A stretch of 64,000 nt of DNA from Dysgonomonas sp. UBA7710 (GTDB lineage: Bacteria > Bacteroidota > Bacteroidia > Bacteroidales > Dysgonomonadaceae). Where the stretch lies: contig NZ_DLFW01000048.1 of the NCBI RefSeq assembly GCF_002482385.1, positions 39,417-103,416 on the forward strand, written 5' to 3'. The position numbers were made by a program, and so were the translations under genes. Each line of letters begins with the position of its first letter. The stretch's first letter is position 1. The notes beneath the pieces are model-generated. The model was not told where the DNA came from. It saw nothing but the letters and a program-made list of their open reading frames with translations, and searched no databases. Positions 1 through 9,215 of this stretch are shown here, in pieces.

Positions 1-1065
1 ATGCTTGCCGGGGTTATCAACCGCCAGTTTATTTGCCTTACTATAGATCCATATGCTAATGCTTTCAATGATGGCCCGGTGAAAGACAGCCGTTGGGCAA
101 GCGATGTAACTAACGAACCGGCAAACCCTCTTGTTTACGAACGCAAATGGGAGATAGACTCACACTGTTATCCTATCCGCTTAGCCTATGAATACTGGAA
201 AACCACAGGAGATACTGTCGTTTTCGGTGAGACTTGGATAAGGGCGATCGAAAATGTATTGAAAACGATGAAAGAACAGCAGCGCAAAGAAAATCCGGGA
301 GAATATTTCTTTTTACGAATGACCGATAGACAACTCGATACTAAGAACAACCGCGGTTGGGGAAACCCTGTAAGACCTGTCGGACTGATTGCTTCATCTT
401 TTCGTCCGTCAGACGATGCCACATCTTATGAGTTTCTTATCCCATCCAATTTTATGGCGGTAACAACATTGCGTAAAGCGGCCGATATACTCCTGTCTGT
501 TAACAAGAACAGCAATTTGGCGGAAGAATGTATAGCCCTGGCTGACGAGATTGAAACCGCACTAAAAAAATATGCCATATATGAACATCCGAAATATGGG
601 CCGATATATGCGTATGAAGTTGATGGTTTTGGAAATTATTGCCTTATGGATGATCCGAATGTTCCAAGCCTGCTGGCAATGTCCTATCTTGGCGATGTAG
701 ATATCAATGATCCTGTTTATCAGAATACCCGCCGTTTTATATGGAGTGATGACAATCCATATTTTTTCAAAGGAAGAGCTGGAGAAGGAATCGGCAGTCC
801 ACATATAGGACGATATGATATGATATGGCCTATGAGCATTATGATGAAAGCCTTCACTTCCCAGGATGATGTCGAAATTAAGATGTGTATGGAATCTCTT
901 CTGAATACAGATGCCGGAAAAGGATTTATACACGAATCATTTCACAAAGATGATCCTAATGAATTTACCCGCGAATGGTTCGCCTGGCAGAATACGCTTT
1001 TCGGAGAACTTGTTATAAAAATTATTAACGATGGGAAACTTGATATTCTAAACTCAATAGATTAA
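1..1065 (+). CDS. C-terminal fragment of a GH125-like (DUF1237) glycoside hydrolase / metal-independent alpha-mannosidase; the 5' end lies outside the window
   Basis: ORF open from base 1 with no start codon in the window. Motifs typical of the alpha/alpha-barrel GH125 family (..GRYDMIWPMSIMMKAF.., ..EWFAWQNTLFGELV..). Assigned from memory of family motifs, not from a search. Confidence 0.5.
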   Translation: MLAGVINRQFICLTIDPYANAFNDGPVKDSRWASDVTNEPANPLVYERKWEIDSHCYPIRLAYEYWKTTGDTVVFGETWIRAIENVLKTMKEQQRKENPGEYFFLRMTDRQLDTKNNRGWGNPVRPVGLIASSFRPSDDATSYEFLIPSNFMAVTTLRKAADILLSVNKNSNLAEECIALADEIETALKKYAIYEHPKYGPIYAYEVDGFGNYCLMDDPNVPSLLAMSYLGDVDINDPVYQNTRRFIWSDDNPYFFKGRAGEGIGSPHIGRYDMIWPMSIMMKAFTSQDDVEIKMCMESLLNTDAGKGFIHESFHKDDPNEFTREWFAWQNTLFGELVIKIINDGKLDILNSID

Positions 1066-1117
1066 TTATTTAGAGAAAATATTTTTGTACTTTTATGTCA
1101 ATAATCAAGAAGAACCA

Positions 1118-1561
1118 ATGAAGAAATATATTTATAGTTTTATCGCTTTTCTGGCTTTTAGCTGTTCATCCGTTTTTGCCCAGACCAATACAGATTCAAT
1201 TAGATATATAGATCCAAGCCCATGGGATTTCAATATTTACGAAACTACTTCATTAATAAAGCTCATTGCTAACCCAGAGAAATACGATGGCAAAATGCTT
1301 CAGGTAATAGGGTATCTGCATTTAGAATTCGAGGGCAACGCTTTATATTTACACCAAGAAGATTTCAAAAACAATATTTATAATAATTCTTTTTGGGTAG
1401 ACTTTTCAGAGAAGTTGACACAGGGTAAGAATATTATGGATTACAATGATCATTATGTATATATCATCGGTACATTCAAGATGAACGATAGAGGTCATTT
1501 GGATTTATTCGGAGGTACTATAGAAGATATTGTTCGGTTAGAATTTGTTGGTACTCGTTAA
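1118..1561 (+). CDS. hypothetical secreted protein/lipoprotein
   Basis: The internal Met at 1118 gives MKKYIYSFIAFLAFSCSS.., which is a signal peptide plus a lipobox-like Cys. The upstream Met at 1085 would add a non-hydrophobic leader. Confidence 0.45.
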   Translation: MKKYIYSFIAFLAFSCSSVFAQTNTDSIRYIDPSPWDFNIYETTSLIKLIANPEKYDGKMLQVIGYLHLEFEGNALYLHQEDFKNNIYNNSFWVDFSEKLTQGKNIMDYNDHYVYIIGTFKMNDRGHLDLFGGTIEDIVRLEFVGTR

Positions 1562-1567
1562 TACTAT

Positions 1568-2020
1568 TTATTTAATAATCTTTACTAATTCTGCATCTTT
1601 CAATAGGTACATCAGATGATTTGGGTCATCCCGATTTATAACCAGTATACCTTTAATTTCTATATACTTATCCGTTTTAACCCGTCTTAGCTCCTTATAT
1701 CCTTTTTTGACAAATATTTCCATAACCGTTTCTATACCGCCTGTCCCACAAAAAAAACACATGGAGGACGGAGACTTTGACAAAGCAAACATTTTTCCTT
1801 CCATATCGATCGGAACATAAAAACCTTTGATCGATATCTCTTTTTTATTCAAAGCTTCAATACCTGATCCAAAATGAGGGATATCGTAATATCCATCTAA
1901 TGCTTTTACATAGCTACGCTTCCAATATACGTCATTCAAAGCCTGCCAGGCTATTGGTTTCTGGGCTTTTAACAAACAAAACCAGAAAATAAAAATGACA
2001 AAGAGAATTACTTTTTTCAT
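1568..2020 (-). CDS. DUF3299-like periplasmic protein; last gene of the ABC operon
   Basis: Signal peptide and a C-x2-C-G-T-G-G motif (FFCGTGG). Its start overlaps the permease stop (ATGA overlap on the minus strand). This family partners with MacB-type ABC transporters. Confidence 0.55.
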   Translation of the reverse strand: MKKVILFVIFIFWFCLLKAQKPIAWQALNDVYWKRSYVKALDGYYDIPHFGSGIEALNKKEISIKGFYVPIDMEGKMFALSKSPSSMCFFCGTGGIETVMEIFVKKGYKELRRVKTDKYIEIKGILVINRDDPNHLMYLLKDAELVKIIK

Positions 2021-3273
2021 TGGCCTAATATTTTTGAGATGTTGGCATTCATTGCTTTAAGTGCCGGTATAAATGCTGCTATGAGGCCTATAACCAACGA
2101 AACGGATAATAGAGATAAGTCAGTTAAAGTTACCCACTCCAGCAGGCTATAATTAAAATTATTGTCAGTATAAGAAGATAAGGAGAACATTGCTAAACGA
2201 CTGATTACGAATCCGATTATATAACCGAGAATAACAAAGCTTACTCCTTCTAAAACGATACAGCCAAACAATCTAAAGCGACTTCCTCCCATGACACGTA
2301 TCAGTGCCAGCTCATATTCCCGATCTTTCAGGGAGTTCAGCAGTGAAATGAAAATACTCAGAGCGGAAATAAATATAATAAATCCGCTTATATATGTTAA
2401 AGCTTCAATGCCTATACCAAGCAATGAGTACAGACGGTTTATTTCCTGTACAGGCGATGCAGCCTGCATATTGGTCGATTTATTAATAAGGCGTGGCAAA
2501 GTTATGGTTCCCATCGGATTCTGGTATTGAATGAGCAAAGATGTTATTTCTTTTGGATTATCCGCTTGTTCATCATGTTCGTGAGTATGCCCCCCTTCTT
2601 TATTGTGCTCATGGTCACAATTGTGATGATCTCCAGACTTACTATGGTCATGATGGTGTTCATGTATTTTCCATACGCTCTCAACATTGGTTAAGATCAA
2701 CTGGTCAAGGACTGTTCCTGTTTCTTTAAAGATGCCGGTTACCGTATAAGGAGTACTTTCATGTACATGGTCCGATTCAGCAGATAGACCGTGGACTCCT
2801 GCAAATTGACGACCTATTGCTAATCCTGTCTTTGAAGCGACTTTTGAGCCGATTGTAACGTCAAAGTCTTTTTGCCATAAGCTTCCTGTTTTTAATTGTC
2901 CTTTGTAAATATCAGGGTATGCCTTATTGGTACCGACAATACGAAACCCTTTGAAATTATCGCCAAGAGCAAGTGGAATTGCCTGTTTTATTAAAGGATT
3001 CTTGCTTAATTCTATTGCCTCATTGTAATCTATATTTCCCGTTGGGTAGTCAACATGATAAATGCCTGACAATATTAGCTGTAGGGGACTCCCCTTGGCA
3101 CCCACAACAAGATCTATCCCTCCGGCATTTTTATATATCTGGTTTTCAAAAGATTCTTTTAAGAGAAAAACCAAAGAGATTATAGTGATTCCTGTTGCAA
3201 AAAGAATAATATTTAAAACCGAGGATAACGGGCGACTCTTTATTTGCTTATAATTGAATTGTATAATATTCAT
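2017..3273 (-). CDS. ABC transporter permease, FtsX/MacB-like, with a His-rich periplasmic insert
   Basis: N-terminal TM helix, large periplasmic domain, and a C-terminal block of 3 TM helices of FtsX type. The insert is HEHHHDHSKSGDHHNCDHEHNKEGGHTHEHDEQ (about nt 2560-2665). Confidence 0.8.
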   Translation of the reverse strand: MNIIQFNYKQIKSRPLSSVLNIILFATGITIISLVFLLKESFENQIYKNAGGIDLVVGAKGSPLQLILSGIYHVDYPTGNIDYNEAIELSKNPLIKQAIPLALGDNFKGFRIVGTNKAYPDIYKGQLKTGSLWQKDFDVTIGSKVASKTGLAIGRQFAGVHGLSAESDHVHESTPYTVTGIFKETGTVLDQLILTNVESVWKIHEHHHDHSKSGDHHNCDHEHNKEGGHTHEHDEQADNPKEITSLLIQYQNPMGTITLPRLINKSTNMQAASPVQEINRLYSLLGIGIEALTYISGFIIFISALSIFISLLNSLKDREYELALIRVMGGSRFRLFGCIVLEGVSFVILGYIIGFVISRLAMFSLSSYTDNNFNYSLLEWVTLTDLSLLSVSLVIGLIAAFIPALKAMNANISKILGQ

Positions 3274-3285
3274 TGTCTTTAATGA

Positions 3286-3942
3286 TTATAAATGGATGAT
3301 CTGGGAAAAATCAGAAATAAGCCGGCTGTCATGAGTTACTATTATTAAACTGGTCCCAAGCTCTTCTGCCTTATTCTGAAGAAGTCCGACAGCTTCTTTG
3401 CAATTTTTATCATCAAGACTTGATGTAGGTTCGTCGGCAAGTATAAGAGATGGTTTATTGATTACTGCTCTGGCGATGGATAATCGCTGTAGTTCTCCTT
3501 GGCTCATTTCGTTTGTTTTACTTTTCCGGCAGCGGCTGATATTCAAAGAATGGAACAGATTGTCCAGATAAGTCTTCTCTACTGGCAGGTTATTAAGGGA
3601 TGCTGCCATCATTAAATTTTCTTCGGCTGTTAATGATTTTATAAAATGGGGAACTTGGAAAACTATTCCAATTTCCCGTCCTCTATATCTGTCTAGTTCT
3701 TTACTTCTTAACCTAGTGATATCCGTCCCTTTTACATAAATATTTCCGCTTTTGGGGCTTATTAAACCTGCTATCAGGTGTAATAATGTTGTCTTCCCGC
3801 AACCCGACGGGCCTGCAACAAGTAAATGGCTTCCTTTTTTACACGAAATATTTGGAAATTTGAACGTATATTCTTGATTATAAGAATACTGTATATTATC
3901 TGTAGCTAAACTCTTATCCATAACCAATAATATTTTCAACAA
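3286..3942 (-). CDS. ABC transporter ATP-binding protein
   Basis: Walker A GPSGCGKTT, signature-like MSQGELQRLSIARA, Walker B LILADEPTSSLD, and an H-loop. Confidence 0.85.
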   Translation of the reverse strand: MLKILLVMDKSLATDNIQYSYNQEYTFKFPNISCKKGSHLLVAGPSGCGKTTLLHLIAGLISPKSGNIYVKGTDITRLRSKELDRYRGREIGIVFQVPHFIKSLTAEENLMMAASLNNLPVEKTYLDNLFHSLNISRCRKSKTNEMSQGELQRLSIARAVINKPSLILADEPTSSLDDKNCKEAVGLLQNKAEELGTSLIIVTHDSRLISDFSQIIHL

Positions 3943-3963
3943 AAGTAATTAATTTTTTAATTC

Positions 3964-3976
3964 GCAACATTGTTGC
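3964..3976. promoter_or_regulatory. candidate metalloregulator (Zur/Fur-type) operator 1: GCAACA-T-TGTTGC
   Basis: A perfect 6-1-6 inverted repeat in the divergent promoter between the ABC operon and the Fur-family gene. Confidence 0.45.
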
Positions 3977-3997
3977 AAATGAATTTTTATTACATTT

Positions 3998-4010
3998 GCA
4001 ACAATGTTAT
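3998..4010. promoter_or_regulatory. candidate operator 2: GCAACA-A-TGTTAT
   Basis: A second copy of the same 13-mer 34 bp downstream, with 5 of 6 positions in the right arm. The flanking TTTGCAACA is also repeated. Confidence 0.4.
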
Positions 4011-4038
4011 TTCAAGATTGATTTAAAAACATACTGAG

Positions 4039-4471
4039 ATGGATTCAGTCAAAGATATATTACACCGGAATAACTTAAAAGGGACATCAGCCCGGATTGC
4101 AATTTTGAATACGATTATAAGTAGTGAGGCCCCTTTGAGTGAATCTGATATAAAAAAAAGAATACATGAAGTTGACAGGGTAACATTCTATCGCTCAATA
4201 AAAAGTCTGTTGGATACAAAAATTATTCAAGGAATGATTACTCAGGGCAAAATAATCAAATACACTTTTTGTCCGGAGAATCAAAAACAATGAAACAGCA
4301 GTTCAATTTTATTGTACCGAGTGCCAAAGAATAGCTGATGTGGAAATAAAAACTCAGTTTCCGGTCGTTCCGCAAGGATATAAAGAAAAGACGCGTAGCA
4401 TAACTATAACGGGAATTTGTAAAGCATGTAATAATTCATCTGAAGAAGAAATAGACGGTGTTGTTATTTAA
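4039..4471 (+). pseudogene. Fur-family (Zur-like) transcriptional regulator, apparently frameshifted
   Basis: The N-terminal winged-helix domain (ARIAILNTI..VTFYRSIKSLL..) ends at the stop at 4291-4293. The +1 frame continues with the Fur C-terminal metal/dimerisation domain (..VQFYCTECQRIADVEI..ITGICKACNN..) up to the stop at 4469-4471. The shift falls inside T5/A5 homopolymer runs at about 4266-4290. Confidence 0.6.
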
Positions 4472-4626
4472 TTCTATGGCGGCATACGGATCTTTGATCC
4501 GACCCGGAGGTAATATCTGCGTAGTTGCCTGTATTAATGCGCTGATTTGGACAAAATTTAAATCGATGGAGCAATCATAAATCCAAAAATAGAACTAAAC
4601 TGATTATCTAATTAAATTAAATAATA

Positions 4627-5595
4627 ATGGGCAAGATCCCTGTGACAATAATAACCGGATTTTTAGGAGCCGGGAAAACTACTTTAATAAACAACCTGAT
4701 AAAAGAATATCCGGAGAAAAAGTTCGCAATTATCGAAAATGAATTTGGAGAGATCGGTCTGGACGGAAGTTTTATTATCGGAGCTGATGAGAATATATTC
4801 GAACTCTCCAACGGCTGTATCTGCTGTTCTTTAAATAATGATTTTTATGAACTTATAAACAAGTTGTTGACAGGGAATTATGATTTCAACCACTTATTGA
4901 TAGAAACAACGGGAATCGCCGACCCCATATCCATCGTAAATGCTTTTCTGTCTGATTATGAGATCATAGAACGTTTTGCTATTGATTCTGTGATTTGTCT
5001 GGTAGATGCAGTTAATATTGAGGACCTGATAAATTCGGAACCCGAAGTGCGTAAACAACTAGCTATAGCTGATATCATTTTGTTGAATAAAGTAGATCTG
5101 GTAAGAACAGGATATTCCGATGAATTAAAAGATAGGATGCAGGAATTCAATCAACTGGCTAGAATATATCCAACTTCAAAAGCGGATATCTCTCAGGTTG
5201 AAATTCTGGATACTTGTCAGTATTTGGGCAGAAAAATCGAACAATCCGTCTCTTCTTTTAAGAATCTTACCTTTCTGGGTAATAATAATGTGAAGCATGA
5301 TATAAAATCGGTTGGAATCTCCATTCCCGGAGACTTGGACTTTGAACGTTTCCGCTTTTGGTTCGAGACTATCCTCTTCTTTGCCAAATACAGGCCGTAC
5401 CGGGTAAAAGGTATTCTCAGTTTTAAAGATGTGCCTGAGAAATGCATTTTACATGCAATAAAGGATAATTATGTATTTGATAAAGGCGATTTGTGGCAGT
5501 CTAATGAAGAACGTTATTGCAAACTCGTATTCATTGGCCGCAATCTCGATAATCTGGAAATAGAAGAAAACATATACAAATTAAGAGCAGAATAA
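4627..5595 (+). CDS. COG0523-family GTPase (CobW/ZigA/YciC-like putative zinc metallochaperone)
   Basis: P-loop GFLGAGKTT, the family-defining GCICCS (CXCC) motif, and NKVDL. Confidence 0.85.
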   Translation: MGKIPVTIITGFLGAGKTTLINNLIKEYPEKKFAIIENEFGEIGLDGSFIIGADENIFELSNGCICCSLNNDFYELINKLLTGNYDFNHLLIETTGIADPISIVNAFLSDYEIIERFAIDSVICLVDAVNIEDLINSEPEVRKQLAIADIILLNKVDLVRTGYSDELKDRMQEFNQLARIYPTSKADISQVEILDTCQYLGRKIEQSVSSFKNLTFLGNNNVKHDIKSVGISIPGDLDFERFRFWFETILFFAKYRPYRVKGILSFKDVPEKCILHAIKDNYVFDKGDLWQSNEERYCKLVFIGRNLDNLEIEENIYKLRAE

Positions 5596-5607
5596 AATAA
5601 TAAAACA

Positions 5608-6798
5608 ATGAACAAAATACCTGTAACAGTCTTAAGTGGCTTTTTGGGGGCCGGAAAGACAACCATATTAAACCATATTCTCAATAACCGTGAGAATATG
5701 AAGGTCGCTGTCATAGTCAATGATATGAGCGAAGTCAATATTGATGCTCAATTAGTGGAAAGAGGCTCTACTCTTTCCCGCACAGAGGAAAAGCTGGTAC
5801 AGCTTAGCAATGGTTGTATATGCTGTACGCTGCGGGACGATTTGGTAAAAGAGGTAACCCGTTTGGTCGAAAATGGCAAATTCGATTATTTATTGATCGA
5901 AGGAACAGGGATAGCAGAGCCTATGCCTATCGCACAGTCATTCAGCTATGCCTTTGAAGATTTGGGCGTTGACCTGACGAAAATTTCACGTCTGGATACA
6001 ATGGTAACCGTTGTCGATGGATTCAATTTTTATAACGATTTCGGATCGTCCGAAACATTAACAGACAGAGACCCTGACAATACGATCAGTGAACGCTCCA
6101 TTGTAGATCTTTTAGTAGAACAGATCGAATTTGCGAATGTCATCATATTGAATAAGGTAGACCTGATATCTGTACATCAACAGGAAGAAATGAAGAGCAT
6201 TATCCGTAAATTAAACCCCGGTGCGAAGATTATTTTAGCCGATCATGGCAAGATTGATCCTAAAGAGATTCTCAATACACATCTATTCGATTTTGTAGAA
6301 GCTGCCCAAAGTTCGGGATGGCAGAACGAATTGCAGAACAAACATATTCCCGAAACAGATGAATACGGTATCGGTTCATTTGTTCTCAGAGAGCACCGTC
6401 CTTTACACCCTCGAAGATTCAGGGAATATCTTAGCAAACATTGGGATGCAGGCATTGTCCGCAGCAAAGGATTTTTCTGGCTGGCAAGCCGCAAAGACGA
6501 AGCATTGTTGCTTAGTCAGGCCGGAGGATCTATTGTCGTGGAACGGATTGGTTCCTGGTGGGCATCTTTCCCTATAAAAGAAAGAAATCAGCATCCTTCA
6601 TTTCAGGCAAATGAAGAATATATATTGAGCCGGTGGGATAAGAAATGGGGAGACCGTATGAATGAAATTGTATTTATCGGACAAAATATGGATGAAAAGA
6701 AGATAAGAGCGGAAATGGAATCTTGTCTTTGCACAGACATTGAATACAATGCTTATCAGAATCAACTACTGACGGATAACAACTGGGATTTTTTATAA
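5608..6798 (+). CDS. COG0523-family GTPase paralog with a CobW_C-like C-terminal domain
   Basis: [21 protein letters not shown]. It is longer than its neighbour because it has an extended C-terminal domain. Confidence 0.85.
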   Translation: MNKIPVTVLSGFLGAGKTTILNHILNNRENMKVAVIVNDMSEVNIDAQLVERGSTLSRTEEKLVQLSNGCICCTLRDDLVKEVTRLVENGKFDYLLIEGTGIAEPMPIAQSFSYAFEDLGVDLTKISRLDTMVTVVDGFNFYNDFGSSETLTDRDPDNTISERSIVDLLVEQIEFANVIILNKVDLISVHQQEEMKSIIRKLNPGAKIILADHGKIDPKEILNTHLFDFVEAAQSSGWQNELQNKHIPETDEYGIGSFVLREHRPLHPRRFREYLSKHWDAGIVRSKGFFWLASRKDEALLLSQAGGSIVVERIGSWWASFPIKERNQHPSFQANEEYILSRWDKKWGDRMNEIVFIGQNMDEKKIRAEMESCLCTDIEYNAYQNQLLTDNNWDFL

Positions 6799-6806
6799 AA
6801 AAGCGA

Positions 6807-9152
6807 ATGAAATTTATTTATACATATCTGGTTTTTCTTTTTATGGGTATCAATCTTTCGGCACAATCTTCAATTAAAATCAGCGGATTTATTATGAACG
6901 ATGAAAGAGTACCGATAGAAGCTGTTACAGTTTCGGTTGTAGGGGTTAATAAAGTAACCCGAAGCGACCGGAACGGATACTTTGAACTCATGCTATCAAC
7001 ATCCGGGACTATAACAATCCATATTGATGCTTTAGGCTATTTCCCTATGTCAACACAATTAAGCGTGGATAATAATATGCACCGGGATTTTATTCTTAAA
7101 AAGAATGATATAGAACTGAATGAGGTCACAGTAAGCGCTGATAGCAGGAAAAACTTTCAAATGAAATCATCTCTGAATATCGTTAAGGCCGATAAATCAT
7201 ATATTGAAGATAATTTCTCGGGAAGTCTGATGCAAAGTTTAGAGAAAATACCGGGTGTCAGAGCAATGACTATCGGTTCGGGGCAATCAAAACCGGCTAT
7301 CAGAGGATTTGGCTTTAACAGGATGATGGTTACCGAAAATGGGATCAAACACGAAGGACAGCAATGGGGTGAGGATCACGGATTGGAAATAGACCAGTTT
7401 TCGGTCGATGATATTGAAATTCTAAAAGGCCCGGGTTCGTTATTGTATGGTGGCGACGCCATAGGTGGAGTAATAAGTTTACGTAATAATTATATTCCTT
7501 CAACCAAAACCGAAGGGAATATAAATTTCTACGGAAGAAGCAATAATGAATCGCTTGGTTTTTCCGGTCTGATAGCCGGACGAAACAATAAGTTTTATTA
7601 TAAAGTTAATGCCACCTATGTAGATTATGGTGATTATAAAGTCCCTACTGATAGTATACAGTACTATTCTTATTATATAAAGCTCAAAGATAGACGATTA
7701 CGGAATACAGCCGGGAGAGATCAAAATGCAGGAGTTACACTGGGATACATAAATGAGAAATTTCGCAGTAACTTTCTGATATCGGATGTATATTCAAAGA
7801 GCGGCTTCTTTGCCGATGCGCATGGCCTGGAGGTACACATGTCCGGTATTGATTACGACAAATCCTCTAGGGATATTGATTTACCCTACCATTCGGTTAA
7901 TCACTTCAAGGTAATCAACAACTCCCATTTACAGCTGGGAACACTGCATCTTGAAGGTAATTTTGCTTATCAGAACAATCTGAGAAAAGAATTGTCAGAG
8001 CCTGTATCACACGGATATATGCCTATCCCGTCCGATGCGTTGGAGCGTAAGTTTAATAAAAATACATATACATCCAATATCTTATTTAAACTGCCAATAA
8101 AGAATAAGCACAGTTTACAAGGTGGAATTAATTCGGAATATCAGCATAACTCAAGAGATGGATGGGGGTTTATTATTCCTGATTTTCGAACAACCAATAT
8201 AGGAGTTTTTCTCTATGATCGTTATTCCTTATCAGAAAGCTTAATTATTAATTCCGGAATACGGATAGACAGGACGAAGATTCATACAGACAGTTATCAC
8301 GACTGGTATCAAACACCTGTGGAAAATGGAGACTGGGTATATAAGGAACGGGCTGCCAACCTGAAAAGGAGTTTCAATAGCTTCACCTGGTCGGTAGGCA
8401 TTAATTACAATAAAGATAATTGGATGCTTAAAGCCAATGCAGGTAAAAGTTTCCGCGCTCCTACTCCAAAAGAGCTGGGGTCTGATGGGGTGAACTATCA
8501 CATATTCCGCTACGAAAAAGGGGATAAGAACCTGAATCCGGAAGAATCTTATCAGATAGATATGGGTATCAATTGGAAAAATGATGTCTTGGATATCCGG
8601 TTGGAGCCTTACTTGAATTATTTTCCCAACTATATTTATTTGAATCCGACATCGGGATATTATGAAGGTTTACAGATGTATTACTATACACAGGCAAAAA
8701 TAATAAGATATGGATTTGAGACCAGTCTGGAATACAAACTAAATCATCAGATCACATTGGGAATAGAAGGCGAGTACTTATATGCCGAACAACTTTCAGG
8801 CGATAAGAAAGGATATACGCTTCCCTTCTCTCCTCCATGGTCTTCCAATTTTATTGTTGCTTATCATCCTCAAAATAAGATATTCGGAACAGATGGAAAT
8901 ATCCGGCTGGAATATAATATTGTAGGTTCTCAAAACAGAATAGTACCTCCTGAAAACAAAACAAAAGGATACCAGACGATAAATCTGTCGTTGGGGCGTA
9001 GCTGGCAGATAAACCGAAACCAAATAAAATTACGTCTGCAGGGGCAAAATCTATTGAATAGGAGGTATTACGACCATACAAGTTATTATCGGCTGATAGA
9101 TGTTCCGGAACCGGGACGAAATATATCAATTATGATCGGATATAATTTTTAA
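6807..9152 (+). CDS. TonB-dependent receptor (ZnuD-like candidate)
   Basis: Signal peptide, a carboxypeptidase-regulatory-like N-domain, a plug (..IRGFGFNRMMVTENG..LLYGGDAIGGVISL), a long beta-barrel and a C-terminal ..IGYNF. Confidence 0.85.
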   Translation: MKFIYTYLVFLFMGINLSAQSSIKISGFIMNDERVPIEAVTVSVVGVNKVTRSDRNGYFELMLSTSGTITIHIDALGYFPMSTQLSVDNNMHRDFILKKNDIELNEVTVSADSRKNFQMKSSLNIVKADKSYIEDNFSGSLMQSLEKIPGVRAMTIGSGQSKPAIRGFGFNRMMVTENGIKHEGQQWGEDHGLEIDQFSVDDIEILKGPGSLLYGGDAIGGVISLRNNYIPSTKTEGNINFYGRSNNESLGFSGLIAGRNNKFYYKVNATYVDYGDYKVPTDSIQYYSYYIKLKDRRLRNTAGRDQNAGVTLGYINEKFRSNFLISDVYSKSGFFADAHGLEVHMSGIDYDKSSRDIDLPYHSVNHFKVINNSHLQLGTLHLEGNFAYQNNLRKELSEPVSHGYMPIPSDALERKFNKNTYTSNILFKLPIKNKHSLQGGINSEYQHNSRDGWGFIIPDFRTTNIGVFLYDRYSLSESLIINSGIRIDRTKIHTDSYHDWYQTPVENGDWVYKERAANLKRSFNSFTWSVGINYNKDNWMLKANAGKSFRAPTPKELGSDGVNYHIFRYEKGDKNLNPEESYQIDMGINWKNDVLDIRLEPYLNYFPNYIYLNPTSGYYEGLQMYYYTQAKIIRYGFETSLEYKLNHQITLGIEGEYLYAEQLSGDKKGYTLPFSPPWSSNFIVAYHPQNKIFGTDGNIRLEYNIVGSQNRIVPPENKTKGYQTINLSLGRSWQINRNQIKLRLQGQNLLNRRYYDHTSYYRLIDVPEPGRNISIMIGYNF

Positions 9153-9215
9153 ATGAATACACTTAATATTTTTATTTTCTAACCGGGCATATACAGCCTA
9201 CTTAATTAATGTATT

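Noticed and set aside
2291-3253. Small plus-strand ORFs overlapping the FtsX permease gene
   Set aside because: They lie antisense to a well-supported CDS. They have no RBS or promoter context, and their translations are low complexity.
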